Shown piece after piece: positions 51,017 to 64,000 of a stretch of DNA of 64,000 bases. The stretch's first letter is position 1, and every line of letters starts with the position of its first letter. The stretch comes from Dipteris shenzhenensis (Eukaryota): NCBI GenBank assembly GCA_047967505.1, contig CM106538.1; one strand, written 5' to 3'. The notes beneath the pieces are model-generated. The model worked only from the letters and a program-made list of their open reading frames with translations, was not told the origin of the DNA and ran no database searches. Both the position numbers and the translations under genes were made by a program.

Positions 51017-54000
51017 TGTGGGGGTTCAAGGCCACTGTGCCTTAATCTCGATTATGTACAATACTCAATGCATATATATATATGGATGACATAGAAGATT
51101 AGGGTGTTTTGCACTGACCAAAACTTGTGTGGCTCTCTTCTGGCTCTCTCTCTCTCATCCTCTTCCGTTTTGCTTCTGATAGCACTCTCATCTAGTATCA
51201 GAGCCCGGGTGGTCTATCTGATGCTTGTGGGTGGTCTAGTTGAGCTCGTGTGTGTGCCTCGAGCCTAGAGTCTGCTACTGCACAGCTCTATGGGAGGATA
51301 GAGCAAGCTTGTGGGTGCTTGTTTGAGTTACTGAGGAACCTTGTATAATCTTGCAAGTGGTTTTTTGAAGTCTCTGAGTGGTTTTCCGCAATCCTGTAGG
51401 TGAACGTTGTTTTATGATTCCGATGTTCCTTTCGACGATGACTGAGAGTCCGGAATGAGTTACAGAGGCAACCATTGCTTTCTTTTCGTGTCCATTGCAC
51501 TTTGGGAGTTCAAAAACCTCTTCATTCTTGAACTTGAGATCATTTTGCTGGATTTCTAAATCACTGTCTCTGCTTCAACGTTTTTTTGTCAGTGTGTTGG
51601 AACTCAAGTTTTTCTACCAGTGTGTTGGAACTCAAGTTTGAAGCAACCATTCGCAAATCTGTCAGTTTCAGTGGACTCATGAGGTCCTAAAACTTATGTT
51701 TTACTCATCATTCACACTCTAGTGGTGTTTACCAATTGATCGGTTTGCTAAAAAGTTTTTTGGTCCATGTGTTGGACCTGATGATTGGGACCACGATTTC
51801 CAAAACCATCTGTTCCATTGCGTTCAGAGGCCCAAAACCCCCTACTTGTCAGTTCTTGCGCGATCCCATGGAGATTTGATGTTATGTCTCTCTGAGATGT
51901 AGAATCATTTTCTTTTTTCTCTCTATCAAAAAATTGTTCAAAAGTTCAATTTCAAGTCAACTACAAGGATTGACTAGGCTTTACTCCCTCATTGGATAAG
52001 ATTTTGGAGTTGCGGCAGAAAAGAGAAATGTGCAGATTGCATCACTGAGTCTGGATATGTAGTAAAACTCATGTTTTGATCCATCTCATGATTTATTTTG
52101 CAGCATCAGTCATTGCTATGAGACCATGATTTTGGGCATATCTTCTACAGATCAAATTGGTTGTAGTTTGAGCCATGTGCACTCATTTGTGGTTTGCATT
52201 GGGTCATAGTGGATGCTTTATAGGCCATTTGGATGCATTGCGATCTTTGTTGGATGCACTAATAGGCCCAAATTTTCTTGTGGGACTCTTTATTGATGGA
52301 CTTTTAGCACACAGATGTTATTTTATGTTGAGGAACAGCCTTGACACATTGAAGTTGATGCACTGGTAGTGCTATGCTCTCTTGGACTAGACATTATTAA
52401 TGCTTATGCACATGGATGGTGTTTATGCTTGAGAAATTTGGCTCTTATTGGCATTGGGTTTGCCATTATTTTGTCATTACAGGTTGACATTTTCTTTTGG
52501 ACCAGATTCGTTCATATGGATGCATAGTATATGCACATGAGTCAATTGCATTTTTTGAAGCTTTGAGCTTGTTTGGTGATATTACCCTCAATTGTGGCAT
52601 ACATATTTGAGTGCACCTAGTATTTGGTGTGATTCTTTCTCACAAGCACTAACATCTGGGCCATTTTACATCATGGCATCCCCTTTCATGTCTGAAAAGG
52701 AGTTTTTCAGCATTAAAATGTTTGATGGGATAAACTTTTCTCTGTGGAAAGAACAGATAAGGGATGTGCTTATTCAAAATAAGTAGATTAAACCCTTGGA
52801 AGGGATTATAGCTAAGCCTATAGCTATGTCTGAGGATGATTGGAATGAGTTGGGTGAATTAGCAAAGTCTACTGTTAGACTTCATCTTGCAGAGTCAGTT
52901 TATTTCACAGTAGTAAATGAGCAAATTACGGAAGATTTGTGGAAGAAATTATGTGCCACTTATGAGAAGGAAACTGCCTCTAATAAAGTTTACCTCATGA
53001 ATAGTATATGCACATGAGTCAATTGCATTTTTTGAAGCTTTGGGCTTGTTTGGTGATATTACCCTCCATTGTGGCATACATATTTGAGTGCACCTAGTAT
53101 TTGGTGTGATTCTTTCTCACAAGCACTAACATCTGGGCTTTTTTACATCATGGCATCCCCTTTCATGTCTGAAAAGGAGTTTTTCAGCATTAAAATGTTT
53201 GATGGGATAAACTTTTCTCTGTGGAAAGAAGAGATAAGGGATGTGCTTATTCAAAATAAGTAGATTAAACCCTTGGAAGGGATTATAGCTAAGCCTATAG
53301 CTATGTCTGAGGATGATTGGAATGAGTTGGGTGCATTAGCAAAGTCTACTGTTAGACTTCATCTTGCAGAGTCAGTTTATTTCACAGTAGTAAATGACGG
53401 AAGATTTGTGGAAGAAATTATGTGCCACTTATGAGAAGGAAACTGCCTCTAATAAAGTTTACCTCATGAAGAGGTTATTTGATCTGCATATGAAGGAAGG
53501 GGTCTCCATTTCTTCTCAATGGAATAAATTCAATATTATTTTCAGCCAGCTTCCAGATCAGAAGCTGAATTTGATGCAGACTAAGGCAATATTCCTCATG
53601 TTCATTGCCTTCCGGCTCAGAAGCTGAACTTGATGAAGACTAAGGCAATATTCCTCATGTTCATTGCCACCTCATGGAATACCTTCCATACAATTGTTAG
53701 TAACTCTGCACCTGGTGGAGTAGTGAAGTTTGATGATGTTGTGTGGGTATATTGTTGGCCGAGGAGATTAGACGAAAGTCTATGGATGGCAACATGAAGG
53801 ATTCAGCCTTAAATGTGCGAAGGGGTAGATCACAGTTCAGGGGGAAGTCCTAAGCGAGATGGAGTCTCGTAGCAAATCTAGGACATGGAACATTGAGTGT
53901 TACCATTGTGGCAAGAAGGGCCACATGAAAAAGGATTGCTCTACAAGCTAAAAAGAGAGAAAAAAGATAAGAAAAAGAATGCAAATTGGGGTGCAAATAA

Positions 54001-57000
54001 GAATGAAGAGAGGCCAAAGGAGCACAAAGGAAAAATAAAGATGGAGGAGATCAATGCAATCTCACTGATAATAGGGACAATGACATTCTCTTCATGTCTA
54101 GTCTACCTGTAGAGTTGCTTACCAATTCAGATGATGCATATTCCCAGGATTGTATTTTGGATTGTATTTTAGATTCTCATGCTTCATTCCATGTTACTAC
54201 CTATAGGTGTTATAAAAATCAAAATAGACATGATCACAAATTCATGATTTACCAAAACTATGATGAAGAAAAAGGAAACAAGTGGGAGAGTGAAGAGAAA
54301 GCGAGAGTGATACTACATGGGGTCCCATCTGCCCCCCCTAGATGGTGACTCTTGCTTCCCATCTAGAGTATTTATAATTGTAATTCCAAAAAGCAAAGAG
54401 CCAATAATAGTACATCCAAGAGCATCCTTTGTCTATAATTATAGGAATGGCTCAACATAGCTCCACAAGCTTAAAATATCACAATGCTTAATATTCCCTC
54501 ATCCACAATTAATAAAATAAATTAGCCCACAGCTTAAAATTCATTACTTTACAATATGGCCCATGGCCTTTGACAGCCATTAGATGCTTCGATCAATCCA
54601 AATCACCTTCACCATCTCTGTTTCTTGTTATCCAACTCATCATCTATACTTAAGCCACCAATTGTGTTAGTTGTTACAATCAATTGATGAGTCATCACAC
54701 CAACTAATCCCCACATAATTATATGCTTGATATATAATCATCAAAATACACACCTTGCGACCAATTGTAATAACACCAGTAACACTAGCGACATCAGTAT
54801 TAATATGGAATCACCCACAGTACTAACCATCTGGCCTAGCAAAAACACTAGTTAGACATCCCCAACTAAATCCCACAAAGCATCCATAAGAACCCCCGCC
54901 ACGTTCGGTGCGCTCCTATGGAATACTTTTCCATAGTCACACTTGACTAAAATAAACTAATTTCCATAGCAAGAAATATTAGAAATATAATTCCGTAACA
55001 TCCCTCTTGCTTGGATTGCACAACTAACCTCAACTGTGTATTTGACTTTCCGAGTCAACTAGTAGAGATGTGAAGAGTAATCTCTTGAATATTCATCAAG
55101 TATCATCATGGCCAAAAAAATTCTTCAAGAGACCTTAAGCTCTCATTAACCAAGAGATAATGAATTTAGGCAATTCAAAACTTATAAAATATTATTTTTA
55201 TTATTATCTTGTACCAAGAGAAAGTACTATACCACATCTATTCATTGCTTATGTTATTTTGTTACAGGTCCAAGCATTCTATTTGTCATATTTCTCAATA
55301 TCTATATTTCCATACTAGTATGATATTGAGAAATAATAACAAATACAAAGCATAATTCTTTTTCCTTTTGATGTGAGTAGCAATAAGTGACATATACTAT
55401 TCTATGATCAGAACAAGGGTATATGTACGTCATTGTCTAATCACACGTCAAAGTTTTTTATTTAGCTTGGTAGCTACTAGTAATGATGGACAATATGTAT
55501 TTTCTTCAGCTTCTAGAAAATACATAGAAGATATTACCTGACATATCAACTATTTTTCATTATCTATAAAAGGAAATTATCAGAGCAAAAATATTGTCAG
55601 TGAACAATCATGCCTTCTCTCTTGCTTAGCAAAAATGTCATATGCTTTCTCTTCTCTTTAATTTTCTCTAACTCAGTTCACTTTAGCATAATACTTTATT
55701 GCAGGATACCATATGTATCACACAATAATAGTTTTGTTATCTACAACTAAGCTAGGATTGGTATCTACTCAAGCAAGCTATGAGGATACAAGCCCTTTAA
55801 GTAATTATATTTCTTATGATATACACCTTCTCATCCTTATCAATGCACATAATCATGCTTATTTAATCATAAGAGCCTCTTATCTTACCTAGATTATCCT
55901 AGATCTAATATAGGCTATCAAATTTTATTCTCTTGATATTTATCACTCTTCTTTAAATTCAATTATTCCCTTCTGTCGCCATACCATTCTTTCTTGTAAC
56001 TATATGAGTATTTCTATGAGAGTAAGAAAAGTGAAAATATAGGAAAACTAAAATATGGGAATAGATACATATCTCCTTTGTCCTTCCAAATCTTTGCTTG
56101 CTTGGTTGAGCCCCAATCAACTTTCTTTTGCTTCCCATTCAATCGTCGGTCTGATAACCGATGAGCTATCCCTACTCATCCTCTCCACCTGAACACATCC
56201 AAAACCATCTCCCCTAGTCACCCAAACACCCAAATCAAATATCATTAATTCTATAAGAAATGAATCTTTACTATCCTCATGCCCTAAGGTTAAGTCATCT
56301 CTAGTCATGGCTGTTGAACATTTTCCTATCCAAAGACTGCTTCTACTAATTCATTGATAGTAGGCACTTTGAACGAGCCAACGCGGGCCAATTATCAAAG
56401 CATCTTTGATAACTTTTGCATATAAACTCAAAAGCTAGCAATCAAGTAGTCAAAATGATCATGAAGAATATTATGAAAATGACTGTGTCATCAGATTGAA
56501 GAAAATCATGTTGCTTGTGTCCCGCAGTCAAGCTAGAGCATAGCCCTGCTCTGATACCACTGTTACAAAAATAAAAAATACACATGATCACAAATTCATG
56601 ATTTACCAAAACTATAGAAACCAAGAACAAGGAAACAAGTGGGAGAGAGAAGAGAAAGAGAGAGTGACACTACATGGGATCCAATCTGCCCCCCCTAAAT
56701 GTTGGCTCTTACTTCCCATCTAGAGTATTTATAATTGTATTTTCAAAAAGCAAAGAGCCAATAATAGTACATCCAAAAGCATCCCTTTTCCATAATTAGA
56801 GGGATTGCTCAACATAACTCCACGAGCTTAAAATATCACAAGGCTTAATATGCCCTCATCCACAATTAATAAAATAAATAAGCCCATGGCTTAAAATTCA
56901 TTACTTTATAATACGAACCATGGCCTTTGACTGTCATTAAATACTTCGATCAATCCAAATCACCTTCACTATCTCCGTTCCTCGTTATCCAACTCATCAT

Positions 57001-59293
57001 CTATACTCAAGCTGCCAATTGTGTTAGTTGTTACAATCAATTGATGAATCATCACGCCAACTAGCTTGATATACAGACATCAAAATACACACCTTACGAC
57101 CAATTGCAATAACACTAGTAACACTAGCAACATTAGTAGTATTAACATGGAATCACCCATAATACTAACCATCTAGCCTGGCAAAAACACAGGTAGTCAG
57201 GCATCCCCAACTAAACCGCACAAAGCATCCACTAGGACCCCCACTGCGTCTGTTGTGCTCCTATGGAATACTTTGCCATAGTCACACTTGACTAAAATAA
57301 AATAATTTCCATAGCAAGAAATATCGAAAATACAATTCTGTAATAATAGGGATGGTTCTCCAATTATGAGAGTAGAAAGACAGGTTGTATGCATCTTGAA
57401 AATAACTATGCATATGGCATAGTGGGAGCAGGTGACATTAAGTTCTCTTTTTCAAATGGGTCTGCATTTGTTTTGAAAAATGTGAGACATGTGCCTAAGA
57501 TGACCAAGAGTCTCATTTCAACGGGTCAGCTAGATGATGCTAGTTTTCAGACCACCTTGGCTTTCAGAGTTGAAAAATTCAGAACGGCTCTATGGTTTTG
57601 GAAAGGGGTGCCAAGTGTGGGACATTCTATCCCTTATATATATTAGGGGTGTCCAATCATCTTATTGCAATAACCGTGCAGCCAAGTACTTGTTTTTTGC
57701 AGTGCCGGTTGGGACACATGAGCCAGAATGGACTGAAACTCTTATGCCATTTGGGTTATGTTCCGCATTTAAGTTTTCATGATTTTGAATTTTGTGAGCA
57801 CTGTCTCTAAGGGAAGTAAACTAAATCAGTCCATAAAAGAAGGGGAAAGAAAGATCTTGAAAATATTAATCTGGTACATTCAGACGTATGTGGTCCCATG
57901 CCTACACAATCATTAGGCGGGGCTGAATACTATGTGACATTCATTGATGATGTAACTAGGAAATTGTGGGCTTATGTGATAGCTTGAAAGAGCGATGTCT
58001 TCGACATTTTTTAAAACTGGCTGGATTTGGTTGAAAATCAATCAAGTAGAATGCTTAAATGCCTACGTGTTGACAATGGTGGAGAGCATCTCTCTCATCA
58101 CTTTCAGTATTTTTGTGATACATGTGGCATAAAGAGGGAGCTCATGTCCCCTCGTACTCCAAAGCAAAATCCAATTGAACAAATGAACCGCACCATTCAG
58201 GAAAGGTTGCAACCTATGCTTTCCAATGCAAGTCTTTCTGGTGGTTTTTGGGCTCAAGCAATGAAGACTATAGTGCATGTGATCAATAATTACCTAGTTA
58301 GAGTTTAGATGGTGGTATTCTTGAAGAGGCATGGAGTGGCAAGAAGACCTCTTACTCTCATTTGTGTATTTTTTGGTATGAGGCATATACATATGTGCCA
58401 AAAGAGCTTCGAAAGAAGCTAGAGCCTAAGTCTAGGAAATGCATCTTTTTGGATTATGGTGAAAGTGGAGAGATGCACTATCATCTCTCAGATCTAAAAG
58501 TACAAAGAAGATCATACGAAGCCATGATGTGGTTTTCCATGAATAGAAGATGCATAAGACACCCATGAGAGATGTGCAAATGAGGAGAATCACTTTCTAA
58601 GATGTGAATCCACCTGCATATGTTGATAGGCAGTAAGTTTTTCATGACCAAATGTGCAAGAAATGGTGGCCCTAGGTACTCCCACAGGTATACAATCAAG
58701 GTCAGATGATGGATCATCTATTGGTGGAAATGATGAGCCAAATGTGGCTGATATGTAGGTAGGACAGCAATCAGAAATACCCTTGAGAAACTTTCTAAGA
58801 TGTGAATCCACCTGCATATGTTGATAGGCAGTAAGTTTTTCATGACCAAATGTGCAAGAAATGGTGGCCCTAGGTACTCCCACAGGTATACAATCAAGGT
58901 CAGATGATGGATCATCTATTGGTGGAAATGATGAGCCAAATGTGGCTGATATGTAGGTAGGACAGCAATCAGAAATACCCTTGAGAAGATCAGATAGAGT
59001 GTTTAAACTGCCTAAGAGATTTGTTCCAAGGGCAGACTATGTGTATGATATCAGAGATGAGTTCACTCATGAAGAATAAGACTTGGGACTTGTGTGGGGG
59101 TTAAAGGCCACTGTGCCTTAACCCTAGTTATGTACAATACTCAAACACATATATATATGGAAGACATCGAAGATTAGGGTGTTCTGCACCCACCAAAACT
59201 TATGTGGCTCTCTTTTGTCTCTCTCTCTCACCCTTTTCCGTACTGCTTCCGTTGAAACCACTCTCCGTTCCACTTCCGTTGAAAGCACTCTCA
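51017..59293 (+). mobile_element. Ty1/copia LTR retrotransposon (second family) lacking RT/RNaseH; LTRs 51017-51190 and 59093-59293
   Basis: TSD CTTAG on both sides. TG...CA LTRs. Degenerate PBS TAGTATCAGAGC at 51193-51204. Gag FDGINFSLWK, CYHCGKKGHMKKDC, protease ILDSHASFHV, integrase VHSDVCGPM and CLRVDNGGE. The coding region ends at MSSLMKNKTWDL directly against the 3' LTR. Confidence 0.93.
54208..57345 (-). mobile_element. Non-autonomous LTR retroelement nested in the copia protease region (~790-bp LTRs at 54208-55000 and 56561-57345)
   Basis: TSD ATAGG on both sides. Minus-strand tRNA-iMet PBS at 56548-56559. Purine tract next to 55000. The ~1.55-kb AT-rich interior has no recognisable gag/pol. 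Confidence 0.9.
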
Positions 59294-59529
59294 CTTAGCA
59301 CCTAGCACTCTTCATATACCAATGTTCTTGGTCCCACCTGATAACTCCTCCCCTCTTTTTTCAATTCAAAATTTCCTATGCTCCCCTGCATTTCCCCTTT
59401 TTAAATTATCTTGTGTTCCCATCCCTTTTCATTTCAACTCCACTCTCCTACTCCCCTGTGTTCCTCATCTTCCACTCTCTTTATGGCCTATGTTTCCCAC
59501 TTTTTCCTATTCAACTCCACTCTCATATG

Positions 59530-60720
59530 CCTTGCTTTCTTCTCATCTTAACAGCAAAGTCCAAAGAATCCTACGGAAAAGACCCACTCACAAGACTCTT
59601 AGACAAAGAAAATGTGGGTGGAGCCTCCCTTTCAAAAGAGCTTCTGCCCCGTCGCGCAAAAGATTTCCATGATGATTAATACCTTAGCATCATTGGAAAA
59701 AATTCACGCAATATTTCTCTTCCAGATGATTTAATTGAAGAGCAATGGATGTTTGTGTTTCACCATGCAATTCCAAAGTATGGCCAGAAGGTATTGCCTT
59801 TGCAAAAGGGGTTTCCTTTAACACTGCAAAGTAGCATACATTGTAGATGACAAGTCACGGTTCACAATCTCCTGGACACCTTATGTCGAAGAGATAATGA
59901 ATACAGTGGAACAGCATGGCCATATAGCTGGAAAGATGGAGACGTGGAAGCAAAGGAAGGAAGGCAAGAAGTGTTTTAGTCTCCTATATGCCTCCATGAC
60001 CAGGCTTAGCTAGATGCTATAAAACATTTGATTTCACTCACCAAATAGTAGGTGGTCGATCTACAAGCTCAAGATTATGTCACACAACACGCTTGATGAC
60101 GCTACAAAGTAGATGCATACAAATGAGGTTGCATTGTCACTGCTAGCTCCACAAATAGCACAAGTGAGGGCACGTTGGAAAGACTCCAAAAAGAACAAGT
60201 AGACTACAAGGCAACTAACACAATGGACCACCGAGCGCTTATGAAATCACAGTATGAAATGGAGCTTAGTAAGAACTTGCACTTGCTCTTGCTCATTATG
60301 TAGTCATTAATCTCGATGTCCAACACTAAGGAGTTAATGAGAAAACTTGAAATCTGCAAGGTAATATTCATTCATGATACCAGCTCTAAAGCTTTGATAA
60401 GTATTATTCAGTCATTCCTTTTAAACAATAACTTGTATCAGAAAATGGTCTATTGGGAAATGCGTATTTTGGATTGCTAAGTGGTTGTTTTGGAGTGGTA
60501 GTTTAATCACGATTATGAAGAGGTATAGCTCAATGAGGCAAAGCTACACCTAGATTTTTGCCAAGAAATGTTGCATGCCATGCAGTCAAAACAACCACAC
60601 GTTGTTCTTCCTTGTCCGCTACCCTAGTAATACTCAACAACTTTCTCGTAAGAGTTGACAAGAGCTCACTTTGTGGTATGTTATGGCTCAAAAAAGAAGT
60701 TGGTGCTTGATGTTGAGTCG
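59530..60720 (+). mobile_element. Possible highly decayed LINE ORF1/endonuclease remnant
   Basis: Only weak motifs (VLPLQKGF; LNEAKLH resembling LQETKL); many stops. Confidence 0.3.
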
Positions 60721-61486
60721 AATCACATAGGAAACCTTTGAAAATGAATTTAGTAGTGCAAAATGATAGGCATAAGAAGTGGGATGAAGAAACTGGCTAC
60801 CGGCCCTTGTCCTTCCGCCTCCGCCTTCTCTCTGCCCCGGCCTCCGCTTCCTCTCCGCCCCTACCCTCTTCCTCCCACCCTCTTGTGCCCCCTTTCTCAA
60901 CCCCCCCACTTCTTTTCTGCCTCCCGCCTCCTCCCGCTCCCTTTTCTACCTCCTTTCTTCACCTCCTCCCCCCCTCGCATAATCCTGGACCAGCCCCTGG
61001 AACGTCCTCCAAACGTGAATATACAAAGAGCAGCTACAGCTACAATCGCGCGTACAAAACACAAACAACTTAGAGGGGATGGTTTGCTTGCCACAAAACG
61101 AAGGCCCCTCCTCCTTCATGGGACATTTTCCCAACCACACCTCCATTCGATGAGTGTTTGGAAGAGGTTCACAAAAACGCGCTGCATTACGAAGGAACTG
61201 GTCAAAGGATTACATGAGGCTGCCATACCTCAAACAAGATCAATACATCATCATGCAAATGCAACCCAAATGCACGCTTTTCTTTCACGTCATCTAGATT
61301 CTACATCCGACCACCCACAGCACATCGATTCAATTGACTCAGCGACGCCAATTCTGCGCGCTTTATTTTACCGTGTCAGTTTGTTAGCCATCTCTCGCTT
61401 GACAAATTATTTAATTTGAGGCAATTGATAGACATGAAAAAACAGAGGAAGACCTTCGCAGGCTAAACTAGAATTACTTACGGGTC

Positions 61487-61976
61487 TCAGACATCGCTCA
61501 AATTATTCTGATTAGACGCTTCACGATCGGCCGGCCCAAAGTCAGAATTGTGGACTTCCTTCTTCACCTCGAAATCACTCTCTTCAGCTTCCTCTTTTAC
61601 AGCCACCAAGCTCTCTTCATCTGCCAAATCGGTCGTACGAAAATCGCAACCTTGTACTTCCTCCTTGACTTCGACCAAGCATTGTCTACCTGCACAATCA
61701 CAAAAGGATTTGTTATCAACTATGACCAGGGATTTACTAATCTAATCTTGTCGCAAGAATACAACTAGAGTGACTGCTACCAATGTTGTCTTCGACCTCT
61801 TCAACAGTCGCTATATATGTTACCACAGTCCAAATACTTTTCCAATTCTGCAAGCAAACAAAGGAAATTGTTTATGAAACTCTGCAGTGAGAGATATATC
61901 TGAACGAAGGAAGGAAGTATAAGATGAAGCAGAAGCACAGAGTACCGTCTTCAAACTTCAGACTGTTACTGTCCAT
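61487..61976 (-). CDS. Putative small acidic protein; join(61946..61976,61824..61847,61487..61689), 85 aa, or the N-terminus of a truncated gene
   Basis: Three exons joined by canonical GT-AG introns of 98 and 134 nt with polypyrimidine acceptors. The frame is preserved: MDSNSLKFEDELEKYLDCGRQCLVEVKEEVQGCD...VAVKEEAEESDFEVKKEV.... The upstream region (62300-62620) is GC-rich and retains CpGs. Confidence 0.5.
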
Positions 61977-62169
61977 GGATTCGGTAGGGATAGCTGAATC
62001 GAAGGCCACTGCAAGGATACTGGATAGATTTCGTAAGATGAGAGGGGTGCTGTAACGCAACGTAAGAAATCCACAGGGAGGAGAGATAAAGAATGCGTGA
62101 GGGAACGACTGGTTTTATAGACAACAGCCATCGCGCAAAGGTCGAATTTGTGCATTAACTCTGTTGCCC

Positions 62170-62217
62170 AAAGGTCGAGTACACATGCAGGGAAACAAAG
62201 GTCGAGTACACATGCAG
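62170..62217. repeat. 27-bp-period tandem repeat
   Basis: aaaggtcgagtacacatgcag x2, with a partial third copy at 62137. Confidence 0.8.
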
Positions 62218-64000
62218 ATGCGTGAAACAGCGCTGGCGCACCGTTCATTCCATATATGACCCCTGAGCTCCAGCAACCGTTGCAACCTCTGACGAAGTGA
62301 ACCTGCGGCAAAAAGAAACTCGCCACCCAACCACTGGCGGTCCGCCACGGGTGTATCGAATATTCGAATGTGCATTCGTCCCGCAGAGACCTACAGACGG
62401 TAGATCAAACTCGCGGGCCCCCAATCTGCTCACAGGGGGTCTGTCCAACGAGCTAGGACCGTTTATTGTCCTCAAGCGCCGGCCTTATCATTATAATGTT
62501 AAGTACATGCAATTAAACTACTGACACGTGGTCAAGTGCGGGGGTTTGTTAATTAACCTAACTCAGGGTGGATTGAGGTAAAGTGATCAAAATCAAGCGG
62601 GGCCACATGCGGGGTAGATGAAACTGTGGTTATTTTGAATCAAATTTCTACAATTTGGTTTATTAAATAGGGCATCATCATGCGATACGTAACGATGAAA
62701 AGAATATAGCAATGAATGCAAATCAAAGGACTCACAAACTAAGGGGAAAGAACCAGATACTACCGAGAGAAGAGAAATCAGAACAGGTTCTTTGTTTTGA
62801 TATACGCTACGTAGCGTTCTTACAAAGAAAAGGTCGTCCAACCGGTATAAAATCAAGAAATCTCATCAGTCACAAAAATACTAACGAGTTGAATACATTC
62901 AAAAGGCCTGCCCTGGAAGCTGAGAGAGGGGGTAGAGAGAAAGGGGGAGAAAAATGGGGAGAGAGAGAAAGGGGGAGAAAAAAATGGGGACCAAAATAGC
63001 GAAAATCCACATCATTTTCCCTTTCTTAAACAGAAACACCTTTACTAAAGCCTTCCCTCCTCAGGGCAGGCCAAAAATCGAAACTATCCCATGTAGTTTC
63101 TCGATATATTAAACAGTACTGCCTGTGTTTCCTAGGCGTGCGTTACCAATGATGGCAACAGTATCCCCCTTGGGCACAAAAATCCAGCTCCTACAAGAGC
63201 TACTGTTTATCAGCGGAGTTCCTGGAAATACGCTGCAATTTCTGGCGTAGTTTGCGGAAGCATAGCAATATCTACGTGCCGCGTGGCAGATTAAACATTT
63301 GGGTCGGTGATGCCGAGTAGCACACCACCGAATCCGTAGGATATCCAATGGTCTGTTGCCAAATGCGCAACTGTGCAAACAAGACTGGCCACGTGTGGGG
63401 ATGACAAAAAATCTGCGCAAACAGGACCTCGCCACGTGGAGGGACACCAAAATTAGAATTTTATGATCTTTCTGCCCACAAAACGAACTTGTCACTATAT
63501 AGCCTTTCCTCCCGGGCAAGCCAAAAACTGACTTGTATTGAAAATCTGGAGGGACAAAACTCCAATGTAAAGACTCAGACATAGCTCACTCATACTAGAG
63601 ATTTTTGCCTTATACAACTGTAAAAATGATTCGAAGAATCGACTCTACTAACGACCCTATGCAAGCCAAGCTTGCTTTACATCAATCGACTCTCATCTAT
63701 ATCTACCACACACAAAGAGCAAACTCGCAACGTGAAAGAAGGAAATAAACTGCCATGAACCCAAATTCATGGTAGCCTTCATTCTCCTTTTGGCTGGCCA
63801 CGTGGAGCAACTTCCAAGACCAATCACTGACCTACAAATGAGCACCGGCATGCAACCACGTCTTTCCACCAATCACCATGCACCATAATTATCATGTCTT
63901 CTAGCCTAAGGCTCCATCACCAAGGCTCCCCAAGAGGCTTATTGCTAACAAGTTGGAGGCAAGAGATCCCATGAGAAGTCAATGAGTTGGAAAACCCCCC

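Noticed and set aside
63100-63850. GCCACGTG cluster and 157-aa minus-strand ORF
   Set aside because: The ORF has no recognisable domain. The motifs could be G-boxes or TE subterminal repeats, and I cannot distinguish these here.

Overview
Eukaryotic land-plant genomic DNA (fern- or lycophyte-like by inference only). One intact host gene is clear: a three-exon VNS-class (VND/NST/SMB) NAC transcription factor at 2338-4146. A small spliced acidic-protein gene may lie at 61487-61976 (-). Most of 11.9-60.7 kb is a nest of decayed transposons: two CACTA/EnSpm remnants, a hAT, two copies of one Ty1/copia family, an RT-less copia carrying a nested non-coding LTR element, and LINE fragments. Two DNA-transposon-associated cargo cassettes stand out. 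(1) A Chapaev/Transib/RAG1-like DDE transposase (~43.8-46.6 kb) is followed directly by an intronless divergent histone H3 variant gene (long basic tail, loop 1 about 14 aa longer than canonical H3, CENH3-like), a convergent small NLS-bearing ORF and a foldback. (2) A hAT transposase (16.6-18.7 kb) is followed by a convergent multigene cassette that includes an intronless non-RD protein kinase. Both cassettes are now pseudogenised, largely by CGA>TGA and CAA>TAA changes. All translations were done by eye; no database searches were run.
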